DNA from: Sporopachydermia quercuum
Lineage: Eukaryota
Direction: 5' to 3'
Length of the DNA stretch: 64,000 nucleotides
Assembly (NCBI GenBank): GCA_001599295.1
Contig: BCGN01000010.1
Coordinates: forward strand, 372,001 to 436,000
Shown here: piece after piece, positions 25,581-37,000 of the stretch
Numbering within the stretch: the stretch's first letter is position 1
Layout of the letters: every line of letters begins with the position of its first letter
Translations under genes and position numbers: made by a program
The notes under the pieces: generated by a model
What the model saw: only the letters and a program-made list of their open reading frames with translations
Told to the model about the DNA's origin: nothing
Databases searched by the model: none

Positions 25581-28500
25581 ATGGCGAAAGTCCTTAATAT
25601 ACTCTCATCAACGAAAAGTTTTATCGAATTATGCACATTTCTATCGATATTCATAATATTATTATCCTCAAAAGATGTACATGCACATTCCTACGCTTCC
25701 AAAGATACAAAATTGAAACATCTGTCTGTTGTGACATCAGCTTCTCTGACCAAAGATGAACTCTCGGATAGCATAACGATAGATCTGAAAATTCCCGCGC
25801 AATCGCCGTATGGATTTCACAAGAAAAGATGGTGGCTGATGACGGATCCCAACGCTCGGTATTCGCTGCTTGACTCGGATGTTCCGTTGTCCTTTGATTT
25901 CCTACGGCTGGAAAATACAAATTCGCCTTTGGGGGATAAGTATGACAACCTACAGGATTTCCGATTTAAGTCAAGTCAAGCCCGAGATCTTTTCCGCTTT
26001 CTAAGTCACAATTCATCAAGCCCAACAGAAGCTTCGCTTGAATTGCCATCAGATTATTACACTTATAAACTTGTGTTAAACCCAAATAAAGAGCTTGTGG
26101 ATCCTCATGTGTTTAAATTATCTACCATTGATAGTAATGGTAATATAGTATCTTCCTCAGATGAAGAATCACTTGATTTATGGACTAAAACCCGAGTCTA
26201 TAAAGGAGAAGCTTATAGGATTGCCCATTATATCCATCCTATCACTGGAAAAGAAGTTTTGCACAAGGTGAACGTTGGTTGGGCCAGAATTCAAGTTTTA
26301 CAAGACGGTTTAGAGTCTGAGAATGGTGAAGTAATATTCAAAGGCAATTTCAGAGTAGAGGATCCTTCTCTGGGGTCTGTTCCTTCAATTTATTACATTG
26401 ATAATGTAGAAGGTTATCGATTTAGACATATATATAATCAGATGGTTGATGATCGAGACCATTGCAATTCTATGATTAGTTTACTAGAGACCACATTAGA
26501 TAGGTATGAAGGAAAAGGGTCTGGCAAAAACGGAAATGTTAATATGGTGGTATGGAGAGATGTTGATTTAGATCGAAATTATGATAAATATACTGAACTT
26601 TTTAGTCAAAAGGAAGCTGAAGATGACAGCGATCTTAGCTTTCTAGTAAGACGCGATGAGATTACAAGTAATTTCGGAAATGATCACAAAGTTGACGATG
26701 GTCAATCAATAGATGATTATGTGAACTTTTTGTCTACTTATGGAGGGTCCCTATGGGGCAGACCTCATCAAGGGTCTAGAACGAAGAACGCCAATCGATT
26801 AAACAGAAGACAAGATAATTCAGATACCGAAACCACAGTTACCGAATCAACAATTGAGATCACTCCTACAAACTCTGACACAGACTCTCAAAACACTGGA
26901 TTGTCATCTTCAGTTGATCTCCTGGATAATATCGGAAACGATGCAGGGTGTCCAAGTATTCGCCAAGTAGTGCTAGTTGGAATAGCAGTTGATTGTAACT
27001 ATGCGCAGCTTTTTAATAGCTCTTCTGCTGTTAGAGAAGCCGTTATTGATATGGTGAACACTGCGAGCGAACAGTATGAACGTTCATTCAATATCTCTTT
27101 GGGTCTCTCCCAGTTTGTCATGGCTAATGAGACAGATTGTCCTACCTCAGGGTCCGCTTCTGCCCCCTGGAATTATGCTTGCTCATCCTCCGCAACAGGA
27201 TCCGAAATTTCGAATAGACTGAGAACTTTCTCAAGCTGGAGGGGGACTCTTACTGATGATCCTGCTATTGGTGTTTGGGGTCTTCTTACTACTTGCTCAG
27301 ACTCTTCTGTAGTGGGCCTTGCTTGGGTAGGTACTTTATGCCATGATGGGAGTTCCAGATCGTCTGTAGGAACCGCAGTTATTGCACATACGCAATATGA
27401 CTGGAAAGTGGTAGCCCATGAGTTTGGCCACGTATTTGGTGCTGTCCATGACTGTGTAGATAGTACCTGCAGCCAGGGTCTTGAGGACTCTAATCAATGC
27501 TGTCCTTTTTCCTCACAGCAATGTGATTCTGATGGCCAATATATTATGGCACCAGCCACTGGCGCTGACCAGACTCAATTCTCCCCCTGCACTCAAGGAA
27601 ATATTTGCTCTCAGATGGGTGATGGTAGCGTGTCAACAAGTTGTCTTACGGATAATAAAAACCTGGTATTGTTAGCAGAAGGGGTCTGTGGGAACGGTAT
27701 AGTGGAAGAAGGAGAAGAATGCGATTGCGGAGGAGCTGACGCCTGTGCATCGTCTGGAAATCAGTGCTGCGATCCTGAAACATGTAANCTTGTTTCGGGT
27801 GCCTTCTGTGATGATGAAAATGATGTATGCTGTAGTGGCTGTCAATATGCTTCTACACAAACTATCTGTAGAGCTAGCAAAGGCTTATGTGACCCTGAAG
27901 AGTACTGTACGGGCAATTCATCTGTTTGTCCTGCAGATGTGACACTCGAAGATGGCACCAGTTGCGAAATTGAAGGCAGAAGCGGCAGCTTCCAATGCGC
28001 CAGTGGGATCTGCACTAACAGAGATCTGCAATGCATACAATCTATGGGAAATGATACGTATACTTCTGGCGGTACTCCATTGAATATAGTTGGTGCTTGT
28101 GATACAAGTTCTAGCTGTTCTATGTCATGTAGAGCGTCATCTTTCTCTAATACGTGTTTTATGTCGTCAGATGTGTTNTTAGACGGTACGCCATGTCAAG
28201 GAAATGGTAGATGCTCTAACGGCAGATGCGTAGGAGGGTCTAGTACCGGTGGTGTGTTTAATAGCTCTTGGTGGAGATCCAATAAGGCGTGGATTATTGG
28301 CGTTGCAGCAGGGATTGGTGGATTGTTTGTTTTGATGATCCTATATAGTTGTTTCAAATCATGGAAAAGAAATCAAGCTGCTCAAGTAACCGCTGTGCCA
28401 AAACCTGGGCAATATAATTATAATGTTCCTCAAGGATTCCAGGGGCCTCAGGGACCTCAGGGACCTGGGGGGCTTGACAATGGCCCAGGAAGTCAAGGGT

Positions 28501-28718
28501 ACCCTAATTACGCGGGATACCAAGGGTATCAATCACCGGAGGTTCCCCAGCCTGTATATAATAATGATTATTACACTAGAGACTGGAATAACGAGCATCT
28601 ACCAGCTCAGCCAGCACCAATGCCTGCTTATAATGGATTATATGATTACGATCGACAACAGCGAGAAATGGCTGAAAGATATGAGAATGAGTTCACGAAT
28701 TCAAGGAATAGAACTTGA
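25581..28718 (+). CDS. Fungal ADAM (disintegrin and metalloprotease, ADM-B-like) type I membrane protein
   Basis: Signal peptide and prodomain; zinc motif HEFGHVFGAVH (27417-27449) with Met-turn YIMAP; disintegrin CGNGIVEEGEECDCG; Cys-rich and EGF-like repeats; transmembrane WIIGVAAGIGGLFVLMILY; Y/P/Q-rich tail. Confidence 0.93.
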   Translation: MAKVLNILSSTKSFIELCTFLSIFIILLSSKDVHAHSYASKDTKLKHLSVVTSASLTKDELSDSITIDLKIPAQSPYGFHKKRWWLMTDPNARYSLLDSDVPLSFDFLRLENTNSPLGDKYDNLQDFRFKSSQARDLFRFLSHNSSSPTEASLELPSDYYTYKLVLNPNKELVDPHVFKLSTIDSNGNIVSSSDEESLDLWTKTRVYKGEAYRIAHYIHPITGKEVLHKVNVGWARIQVLQDGLESENGEVIFKGNFRVEDPSLGSVPSIYYIDNVEGYRFRHIYNQMVDDRDHCNSMISLLETTLDRYEGKGSGKNGNVNMVVWRDVDLDRNYDKYTELFSQKEAEDDSDLSFLVRRDEITSNFGNDHKVDDGQSIDDYVNFLSTYGGSLWGRPHQGSRTKNANRLNRRQDNSDTETTVTESTIEITPTNSDTDSQNTGLSSSVDLLDNIGNDAGCPSIRQVVLVGIAVDCNYAQLFNSSSAVREAVIDMVNTASEQYERSFNISLGLSQFVMANETDCPTSGSASAPWNYACSSSATGSEISNRLRTFSSWRGTLTDDPAIGVWGLLTTCSDSSVVGLAWVGTLCHDGSSRSSVGTAVIAHTQYDWKVVAHEFGHVFGAVHDCVDSTCSQGLEDSNQCCPFSSQQCDSDGQYIMAPATGADQTQFSPCTQGNICSQMGDGSVSTSCLTDNKNLVLLAEGVCGNGIVEEGEECDCGGADACASSGNQCCDPETCXLVSGAFCDDENDVCCSGCQYASTQTICRASKGLCDPEEYCTGNSSVCPADVTLEDGTSCEIEGRSGSFQCASGICTNRDLQCIQSMGNDTYTSGGTPLNIVGACDTSSSCSMSCRASSFSNTCFMSSDVXLDGTPCQGNGRCSNGRCVGGSSTGGVFNSSWWRSNKAWIIGVAAGIGGLFVLMILYSCFKSWKRNQAAQVTAVPKPGQYNYNVPQGFQGPQGPQGPGGLDNGPGSQGYPNYAGYQGYQSPEVPQPVYNNDYYTRDWNNEHLPAQPAPMPAYNGLYDYDRQQREMAERYENEFTNSRNRT

Positions 28719-29804
28719 GGATTGTTGAATAGATGAAACGGATATGATAAGCAAGGATGCAGGGAAGCAGTGTAGAGCATAGCTGTGATTCAGCAAGGAT
28801 AGTTGTCTCAATAGTGTTGATACCACAGTTTCTTCCATTGGAATATGATTAATAAGACGAGTGTGCTNTTGGATTTGGTGTGTCAATACTCCTGAAGTTC
28901 TTCGGAAGTTCTGTTCAATTTCTAAAGTTCTTCTAAAGCCCCGAAGCCCTGAAGTCCTCTAAGTTTTCTTTAAAGTCGTCTTATTTGTTCTTTCTTCTTT
29001 ATTAGAGGTTAAGTGTGTATTATGGTTACAATGGTTTTATATAATGGTTTATATGGATTGATTCACGATACATTGTGTTTCCTCTGCGTAGGAACGTTAG
29101 CTGACCATAAATAGCTGCAATTCATCAGCTATACATCAGCTATATTAAGTATTTCTTCTATTGTCAGTACTATTCTTCCCAGACTATTGCTCAACCAAAA
29201 ACAAACAAAAGAAAATCGGTACCTTCTCGGACCCCTTCTACATTCTGAGCCCTAGATCCTTTCTCATGTCTATAGACCCTCATATTCATCTGCCATTTCA
29301 TTCCCCAATAAGGAAATTTCCCTTGATGGGGTAACATGTTAACATTTTCCCTGTACCATTGTATTCAAGCAGTAGAGTTCTACACTCTACATTACGTACT
29401 GCCTGGCAATGCAATGTATATATTGATCATTGAAGCAGGAACAGAAGTGTTTTATTTGAGATATAATCGCGATTAGAATTCTTTTGATTAGATAGTAATA
29501 AATTGATATAAAGTGGGCACATTAGACCTTTTGAAGCCGAAAAATTCAACGGATTGAAGATAATCGATAGCATAGTTGCTGGGTGTTCTGTTGTGATATG
29601 CTATGTTGATGATACCTTTCCTTTGGCTTGTATTGTATTGTATTGTATATTTCATACGGCAGATTCAGACAAAAAAGTGTTGATAGGATCTTTTTATTTG
29701 AGTCCAATTAGCAAAGCAAGGAAATAACTTGAAAGTGTTGCATGATTTGTATTTTAGATTGTCTGTTGATTGACTAATTGCTTGCTTATATAAGTTTGTC
29801 CGAG

Positions 29805-31148
29805 ATGAGTTTGAAAACACCTGATGAGCCTGAGAAGGCAGAAACTAGACCAGAAACTGCTGAAGTTGAAAAGAAATCAGATGGAACCGTTGATATACCA
29901 GTAGAAGAGACTAAAGAAAATATAAAGTCTGAAGAGACCGAAGAGGCCAAGGGTTCAGAGGAGTCTAAAGCNGATGCCGAGACTAAACTTGAGGAAACAC
30001 CTGATGAGAAGACTCCATCGNAAAACATAAAATCTAACGAAGACGAAAAGAAGGAAACAAATGCAGAATCAGAACCATCAAATACTTCAAATGACGAAGA
30101 CTTGTTTCCTCCTGGAACTATTGTCTTAGCTCGTATGAAAGGATACCCTCCATGGCCAGGAATGGTTCTACCTGAAGACTTACTACCAGAAAATATAATG
30201 AGCTTGAAGAAATCAAGCTTGACAACTAACCGTAAGAAGCCACGAAAGTCCGGTGGGAAGAAAGTTATTGAAGAGGAATCTGAAGGAAGAGTTTGGGCTG
30301 TAAGGTTCTTTGTTGACCTTACATATATGTGGGCAAAGAAAGCTGAGTTGACAGTTCTGACTGCTGAAGCTGCTACAAAACGATTAAGCGAGAAACCAAA
30401 GTTGAATAAGAAAATTACTGAGGCCTATCAGATAGCTGCTGATCCTCCTACGTATTATGAATTTGGATTCTTCGGTTCAGAACCTGCAGCTGAAGCAGCA
30501 GATGAGGAGGCGGAAGAACCGCCCAAAGAGGAAAAAGAAAAGGAGAAGTTGACATTGAAGCTGAAACCTTTGAAGAGTAAGAAAGAAAGCAATAAGCGGA
30601 AATCTACTGCTACCAATGGTAAATCTGAGGNTGATGCAGCAGTTTCCAAAAGGAAGAAGACCGTGGACCCTACTGTTATAAATTCACCTACACCTTTAAC
30701 TGATACAGAGAATAAGAGCGTTGATAAAAGTAAGGACAAACATGAAAAAGAAGAGAGCGAAGGATCAAATGCTGAACAACATAAACATCTCCATCATCAG
30801 CATCCTTCGGCCAAGCAAATCAGTCAAGTGCTTGGTGAAAGAACCAAACAAGTTTGGTATATTCGTCATAAGCTGCAAAAAGGTTTATTATCATCCCAGC
30901 CTGAGCATAAATATCCTACTGAGGAAGAACTACCGGTTTTGAACGAGGTGTTCACCTTATTAGAAAACATAAAGGATTTGGAATTATCTGTTATTAGAGA
31001 AACGAAGATCAACAAGGTATTGAAGACAATCATTAAAAAGCCTGAGCTGTTAAAGTATGAGTCTGAGTATAAATTTCATGAACGTTCGGCGAAGTTGTTG
31101 AAAGAATGGAGTGGAACCGTTAATTCCGTTGGTGCAACTAGCTCTTAG
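29805..31148 (+). CDS. PWWP-domain chromatin protein with a C-terminal TFIIS-N-like helical domain (Pdp3-like)
   Basis: PGTIVLARMKGYPPWPG...AVRFF.D.TYMW (PWWP) and C-terminal YIRHKLQKGLL...IRETKINKVLKTI...FHERSAKLL.EW. First ATG at 29805. Confidence 0.8.
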   Translation: MSLKTPDEPEKAETRPETAEVEKKSDGTVDIPVEETKENIKSEETEEAKGSEESKXDAETKLEETPDEKTPSXNIKSNEDEKKETNAESEPSNTSNDEDLFPPGTIVLARMKGYPPWPGMVLPEDLLPENIMSLKKSSLTTNRKKPRKSGGKKVIEEESEGRVWAVRFFVDLTYMWAKKAELTVLTAEAATKRLSEKPKLNKKITEAYQIAADPPTYYEFGFFGSEPAAEAADEEAEEPPKEEKEKEKLTLKLKPLKSKKESNKRKSTATNGKSEXDAAVSKRKKTVDPTVINSPTPLTDTENKSVDKSKDKHEKEESEGSNAEQHKHLHHQHPSAKQISQVLGERTKQVWYIRHKLQKGLLSSQPEHKYPTEEELPVLNEVFTLLENIKDLELSVIRETKINKVLKTIIKKPELLKYESEYKFHERSAKLLKEWSGTVNSVGATSS

Positions 31149-31767
31149 AAGAGAATTATATGTGTGTGTATGTGTGTTAATAAATGTACGTTTAGGTGTG
31201 TTGAGTACAGGTTTAGGTGGTGAGGAATAGAAACAAGATTTGTTATTCATTGCCTGTTATTTTTTTATTTACCTTGTGATTTCTTTTGATGTATTTTATA
31301 AAAGCAATTGTCCGTGTTAAATTAGTTAATAGTTTTGTATTCCATAAGGGTTCAATACTACTGGTGTTTTATCAACGATATAGTATGCTATAGTATGGTT
31401 GTGTGCACACGATCAACCGACGATAAGAGATGAGCTGAATGAGATATATAGATATATAGGTATAGTCAAGATAAAGTAGTATAAAAGTATGTAAGATTGA
31501 AAAGGGTTTTAACATGAAAGATGTTGGAAATAAACCAGTTCCATTGTAGTATCAGTAAATTATCGGTGACTAAACGTTGAATGGTGCTAAAGAACCATCA
31601 AATAGGGGTCTTCATAGGATAGAACGATGATGTTGTTGACAATTTGAAAATCAGTAGCAATCATGAAATAGAATTAAAATCACATCAAGAAGAGATAAGA
31701 ATAATAATAAGAAATATGGAATAAGCATAAAAATAGAATAAAAATAAAAATAAAAATATAAGAAAGA

Positions 31768-31860
31768 TGCGAATTCTGTGGATCGAACACAGGACCTTCA
31801 GATGATCTGACTGACTGAATTTACTTCAGTCTGACGCTCTCCCAACTGAGCTAAATCCGC
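31768..31860 (-). tRNA. tRNA-Phe(GAA) with a 20-nt intron (31823-31804)
   Basis: GCGGATTTAGCTCAGTTGGGAGAGCGTCAGACTGAAG[TAAATTCAGTCAGTCAGATC]ATCTGAAGGTCCTGTGTTCGATCCACAGAATTCGCA. The 73-nt mature body is nearly identical to classic yeast tRNA-Phe, with T-runs downstream. Confidence 0.98.
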
Positions 31861-31873
31861 TTCTTCTTAAANC

Positions 31874-32385
31874 TGTTACTGTCTGATCATACATCATTCA
31901 GTAAAATAAAATGAATTTTAAGAAAAATTGAAGAATTGTATTAGAATTCTTACTCTTTTTCCTTCTTCTCCTTCTTCTTCTTATTAATCAGAAAGAGAAG
32001 AATGAGAGTAAATAATCAGCGAAGTAAATAGTATATATATATAAAAGGTACAAATAGAAATATAGATAAATGTGAAATGCCAATGTGTCACGTGAAAGGT
32101 CACGTGGTTTAGTAATAAGTAATGCATAGCTGGTTGTTACAAAAGCGTCTTCTGACCCTATACAATTCAGTAAAATGGATGATTTAAAGAAATAATGGAG
32201 AATGATGATATTAGAATTCTTACTCTTTTTAATTCTTATCTTTCTTATGATTAATTAGAAAGAAAAGAATGAGAGTAAATAATCAGCGAAGTATAGTATG
32301 TACAGATCGAAATATAGATAAAAGTTAAATGCTAGAATGTCACGTGGGTTAAGTAATAAGTAAAGTATATAGATAGGTTGTTAGA
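31874..32385. repeat. Diverged tandem duplication (units of ~260 and ~245 bp) immediately upstream of the tRNA-Phe gene
   Basis: Shared blocks TATTAGAATTCTTACTCTTTTT (31939, 32209), AAGAATGAGAGTAAATAATCAGCGAAGTA (31998, 32265), GAAATATAGATAAA, GTCACGTG and AGTAATAAGTAA occur in the same order in both units. Confidence 0.9.
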
Positions 32386-34069
32386 AATAGTTGCAAAAGT
32401 TATATTTCATTACTGAAAAAGAAGAATACTGTTGTGTTCCAGCCATTATTCTCAGAAATTGCTCATTGTTCTCTTCACCAGATTTATATGTCCTGTCAAT
32501 GAGAGATGAGCAGAATTCCTGAAAANNNTTTTTATTATGAGTTAGAACCATTAATATCAATGTCTCTGGTTTGTTATCTCATATGATAGTTTACTACATG
32601 GTATTAGTTCACTTGTGTAATCTTCAAGATGGAAAATGCTGTACAAGTCTGATTTTTCAGTGTTGGACGAGATTCGATGATTGGGCTGGTAATATCAACT
32701 GAATACGCGTATGTATGTTGAAGGGTCTCTACTACGAATTCATCTTTCTAATAGTGAATTCTACAACATCTTTTCTCCTTTTCCCATTCACGGGTTGCCT
32801 TAAAGAGCTAGTGAATCCCCAATTCATGCGAAGAAAAGTATTCTAGCAATTCAGCTTAAATGAGGATTACTACTTGCCCAATCCTTGAATCCACCAATTA
32901 TTTACTCTTCAAGTATACTATTCATGTTAAAACTGGTGAATATCATTTCCGTATCACTATCAATTTTGTTGAGCACCGCTGTTCAAAACATACTGTGATC
33001 GGTGTCCATGACAATTTGTCACAGTTTGCTTGAACTGCAGCGAAATTTTAGAAACGCCTAGGCTGGGCATATGTAACCGCAAATGTTAAATCAATCTTAT
33101 GCAGAAGGTACATTATGTAAATCAACACACAACACACTCTACAGACACACCTATTCACATATTTCCTGTACCTCAAGTCATTGATTTTGTGCAAAACAAT
33201 TTTATCTTCCACCCATTATTCCCCGGCTTCGGAATACGAATGTTGGTACTTTCACAGTCTCAGGCGCCATCAAATTGTCTCACTTTACTCTCTACAATAA
33301 TAATTTTTCTCTTGGTACCTGAACTTTATTCCAAACACAGAGCCAACTCTCACTAAACTTTCAAACCTTACCCTTGGCTTCCTTTAGACACAAACTCTAT
33401 GTCCTTTCACTCAATCACATGTTTCTTTGCTTCATCCTTCGTTTGATACATCGTTTTTGTTTTGCCTTGGTTTGTTTCTCTTTCTTGTTACCATATGCTG
33501 ATGGGACGTTATGAAGGTCAGTAAAAAGCATGAAAGATATAGAAAGAACACTGTATATTGTAGTATAATTGCCACAATAAGCCATGGTATTGGGCGAGTG
33601 TATTTTAGAGATTTGTTTATTGTGTGAGAAGCAGTTTGTGAGCAGCAAGGTATAGGTTTGCAATCAAGGAAACTGGAGAATCAACGAACAGAGGATTATC
33701 GATTATAGTACTACTCTAGTTGTATTACTATCAGCACTGTATCATCAATCAACACTCTTTCCAATAGTGTTAACGTTATTATCAACACGACGATAGTTAC
33801 ATGAGCTGCATTCATTATTATCAACTACCTTAGCCAACTTGAAAGTATAGAAGTGAACCCGTCAGCTCATTAGTTACATCATTTAATAATAATATTATCA
33901 CCGATCAATTTTATTACATATACACATATACAAGAGGTGCCAGTTTCCGTTGCTGTTTGTGTAGATTCCAGTACCAACAAATTGCAGTGACAACGATAGT
34001 AAAAAACAAATTCAACACCTACTTGGTACTATCAACATCTTTGAACCCCGAACCCTGATCCAACCGACA

Positions 34070-37000
34070 ATGGCTCCACAGTTTCATGAGAATCTACACC
34101 GTCCATCCCAGTTCTCAGAAAGACTGATATCCTATCTGGAATCAGTAGAACTACCTCATCCTTCGCTTCTAGCGACATCTTCTTCAAACAACATCAATAT
34201 NTCTGTTTCCCAAAACCAACCAATAATATTCCTATCTACAAATCCTGTCTCATCATCTAATTACAATGAGTCTATGGGATTAGAAACACCAGGAAACCCT
34301 TCAGGACGAGGTAGACATCAAAGGACCCAAAACCGAACGGGAAGGGACCGCTCCCAGCGCCAGGCACAGTCCAGAATGCCAGTCTCATCAATAACAAGCC
34401 GTCAATCAATATCATCAACACGATCACGATCAGTATGTCAGTCGCGTTTACATGCTCCCCGCTCCGACTCCCGGTCGCGATCTCGGTCTCGGTCTCGGGC
34501 TATGTCTACAGACTCGAGTAGGCCGCAGCCAAGCTATATATACCGAGATCCGATCCGGCCCGCGGCAAGACGGAGCTCAGATCAATCCGACCAATCCCAC
34601 AGCTGGCAGATACTTAGCACAATAAGAAGAACATTGTCCCGAGGCAGTAATCATTCATTGGAGACATTTAACAGAGAATCAGATGGGAGTTGCAGTGACG
34701 CCGAGACACTCAACATGCATAACAGCAGAGACTGCGATTGGGAAGCCGCCGTAGAGTCAGACAGTGACGATGAATGTCATCAGAATCTGAATACAAATGG
34801 TCACTCCGGTACCCGCTCGCGTACNCGTTCCGAACATGACAGCTCCTGCTCCGATTCAGATACAGATTCAGATATCGAAGACCCAAATGCTGCCGAAACA
34901 ACATCAGTCAATTCAACTGACTCTTCCGACGAAAACCTGTTCACCGCGGCCGTCATTATCACCGTCAACGAGCCAACGCCTATAGAATACATCAATGCTT
35001 CTATCGCAAGTAAAACTTATGTCTCTTGGCCTGAGGGCCTCCCACCCCAGCGTTATGAAACACAAGAGGTTTTCGTTACCGGTGAAACCTCCTGGACGTT
35101 TTTCTCCCGTACTAAACATGATTTAGCTACTGTTCGCTCTTTGAAAGCTAAGTCAAAACCTTTATATCAATTCCTAAAGAAACATCATTACTATTCGGCT
35201 CATTGCCATAGCAACATTACATCCAGCTTGATATACGGAGCAGATGCATTTATTCCAAAGGCCGCTTCTACTACTACGAACGATGAATCTGCAGAATTAG
35301 TCTATGCTGCACAACAACCAATTCAGAAAATGCTCCCATTTGATAACTACACTACCGATGAACTATTAGAGTACGAGGAGATTGTCGCAAGGCCCAACCA
35401 AACGTTCATTCAACACTCCTACAACATGCTGACAAACCACATATTCCATAAAGACCAATCCACAGAAAACTCAACTTCTAGTGACCACAATGATGGCTCA
35501 GATGGCCCCTATGAGAATATATTTCCTCCTGGAGAGTACGTCTATTTGATATCAACTATGTTCCCTTCGTATATTCCAGCATCAATCACAGCACCTAACG
35601 GACAAGTAAAGTACTTCCTAGATATTCATCTAATGTCAGCAGTTCCTATTGGACACAATAGGCCAAACTTTCAAGGCTTGAAAGGCCGCTTATCCCTAAG
35701 TTTAGTNCGAGCTCCACCATCTTATGCTGTCTCTCTAGTAGACCATCCAATATATATTAATAGGGTCTGGTCCAATGCTTTGGAGTATGAAATAATGCTG
35801 CCTCATAAATATGTGGCCCTGGGATCGGAAATGGGACTACATTTGAAGCTTACACCGCTGGATAAAGGCATTATTGTTCATAAAGTCACAGTGCTGATCA
35901 ATGAACGGACGGAGTATGTATCAAAGGATCTTCGCTACGAATGGGAGGAAACGCAGAATGTACCAAACAACAGAGCAGCAGGAAATAAGACAGGACGGAA
36001 AATTGTTCTGTACAGTTTGAAAGCCCGAGACAGGAAACAACCTCCGAACGCAATTTCTAACGGCCCATTGCCCAGTATTTTTGACGGACGAGAGAATTTA
36101 TTGTCTGGAAGCTTCCGGATCAATTTCGACGACGAGCGAAACATTGACTACTCAGATTTAGGACTCCCAGCATCAGAGGCGGAAGTTCACGTACAGGAGA
36201 GGCACGCTACCCCGGATGCAGTTGTGGATGCTGTCGTTCCGAAACATTCTGGACATCCCCGTGTAGGAGCACATATTCCAGGAACGGGAAGGGAAGCACC
36301 CACTGTCGGATCAGGAATTCTGGGGGGAACAAAATTAGGGAAGAAAATTACTGGGTTCTTAAAGAGTCCGGAAAAACTGAAGCATCCAGAGATTTCGTCT
36401 ATAGATATCGTGTGCGCCTCCAAATTCACGTGCAATCTTGTTTTTATGGATCACGACTCCTCCGACTGGAACTCTGCTTCGGAGCACCATTTCACCTTAC
36501 AGCAGTCCCATTTCTCGGAGCCAGAAAAGCAGAAGCTGGCTATTGGATCATCGTTAACCCCTGACATTTCCAGACCCTCCTTACTACCGACCTTGTATCC
36601 AGACTCTTTATTTTCACCACATGTTAAAACCAGCCATCGGCTTCAAATATCATTCCGGATATCCCGTTATACATCCGAGTATGGAGACGTGATGCTTCCC
36701 GAAGGAGCGAAAAAACTCCGTCACTATGAAGTGATTATCGACACCCCAATCCATATAATGTCCAAGCTCTGTCAAACCGACAATTTGGCCCTCCCTTCCT
36801 ATACGGAGGCAATTGATCCTGTATCAGGGCAAAATGCCAGTTCGACATGCTCGGAAATTTACTTGCACAATACTAATTCCGACTCCGCTCCTGGTTCCGC
36901 TCCTGGTTCCGAACCTGTAACTCCTGCCTATTCTACTGAACCGAGCCGTCCAAGCTCCGCTGCTATAGGAGCCTCTATTTCACCATCTATGCAGCACGAC

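Noticed and set aside
29771..29794. 5'UTR intron acceptor upstream of the PWWP gene (GACTAAT...TAAG)
   Set aside because: No convincing donor was found upstream and the acceptor is a weak AAG.
31874..32141. Solo LTR (TG...CA) inserted upstream of the tRNA
   Set aside because: The apparent TGTTAC ends are direct repeats marking the tandem unit boundaries. No true terminal inverted repeat or target-site duplication was found.
32087..32450. Point centromere (CDEI GTCACGTG plus AT-rich DNA)
   Set aside because: No CDEIII-like TGT...TTCCGAA at a suitable distance on either strand, and the CDEI-like motif is present three times.
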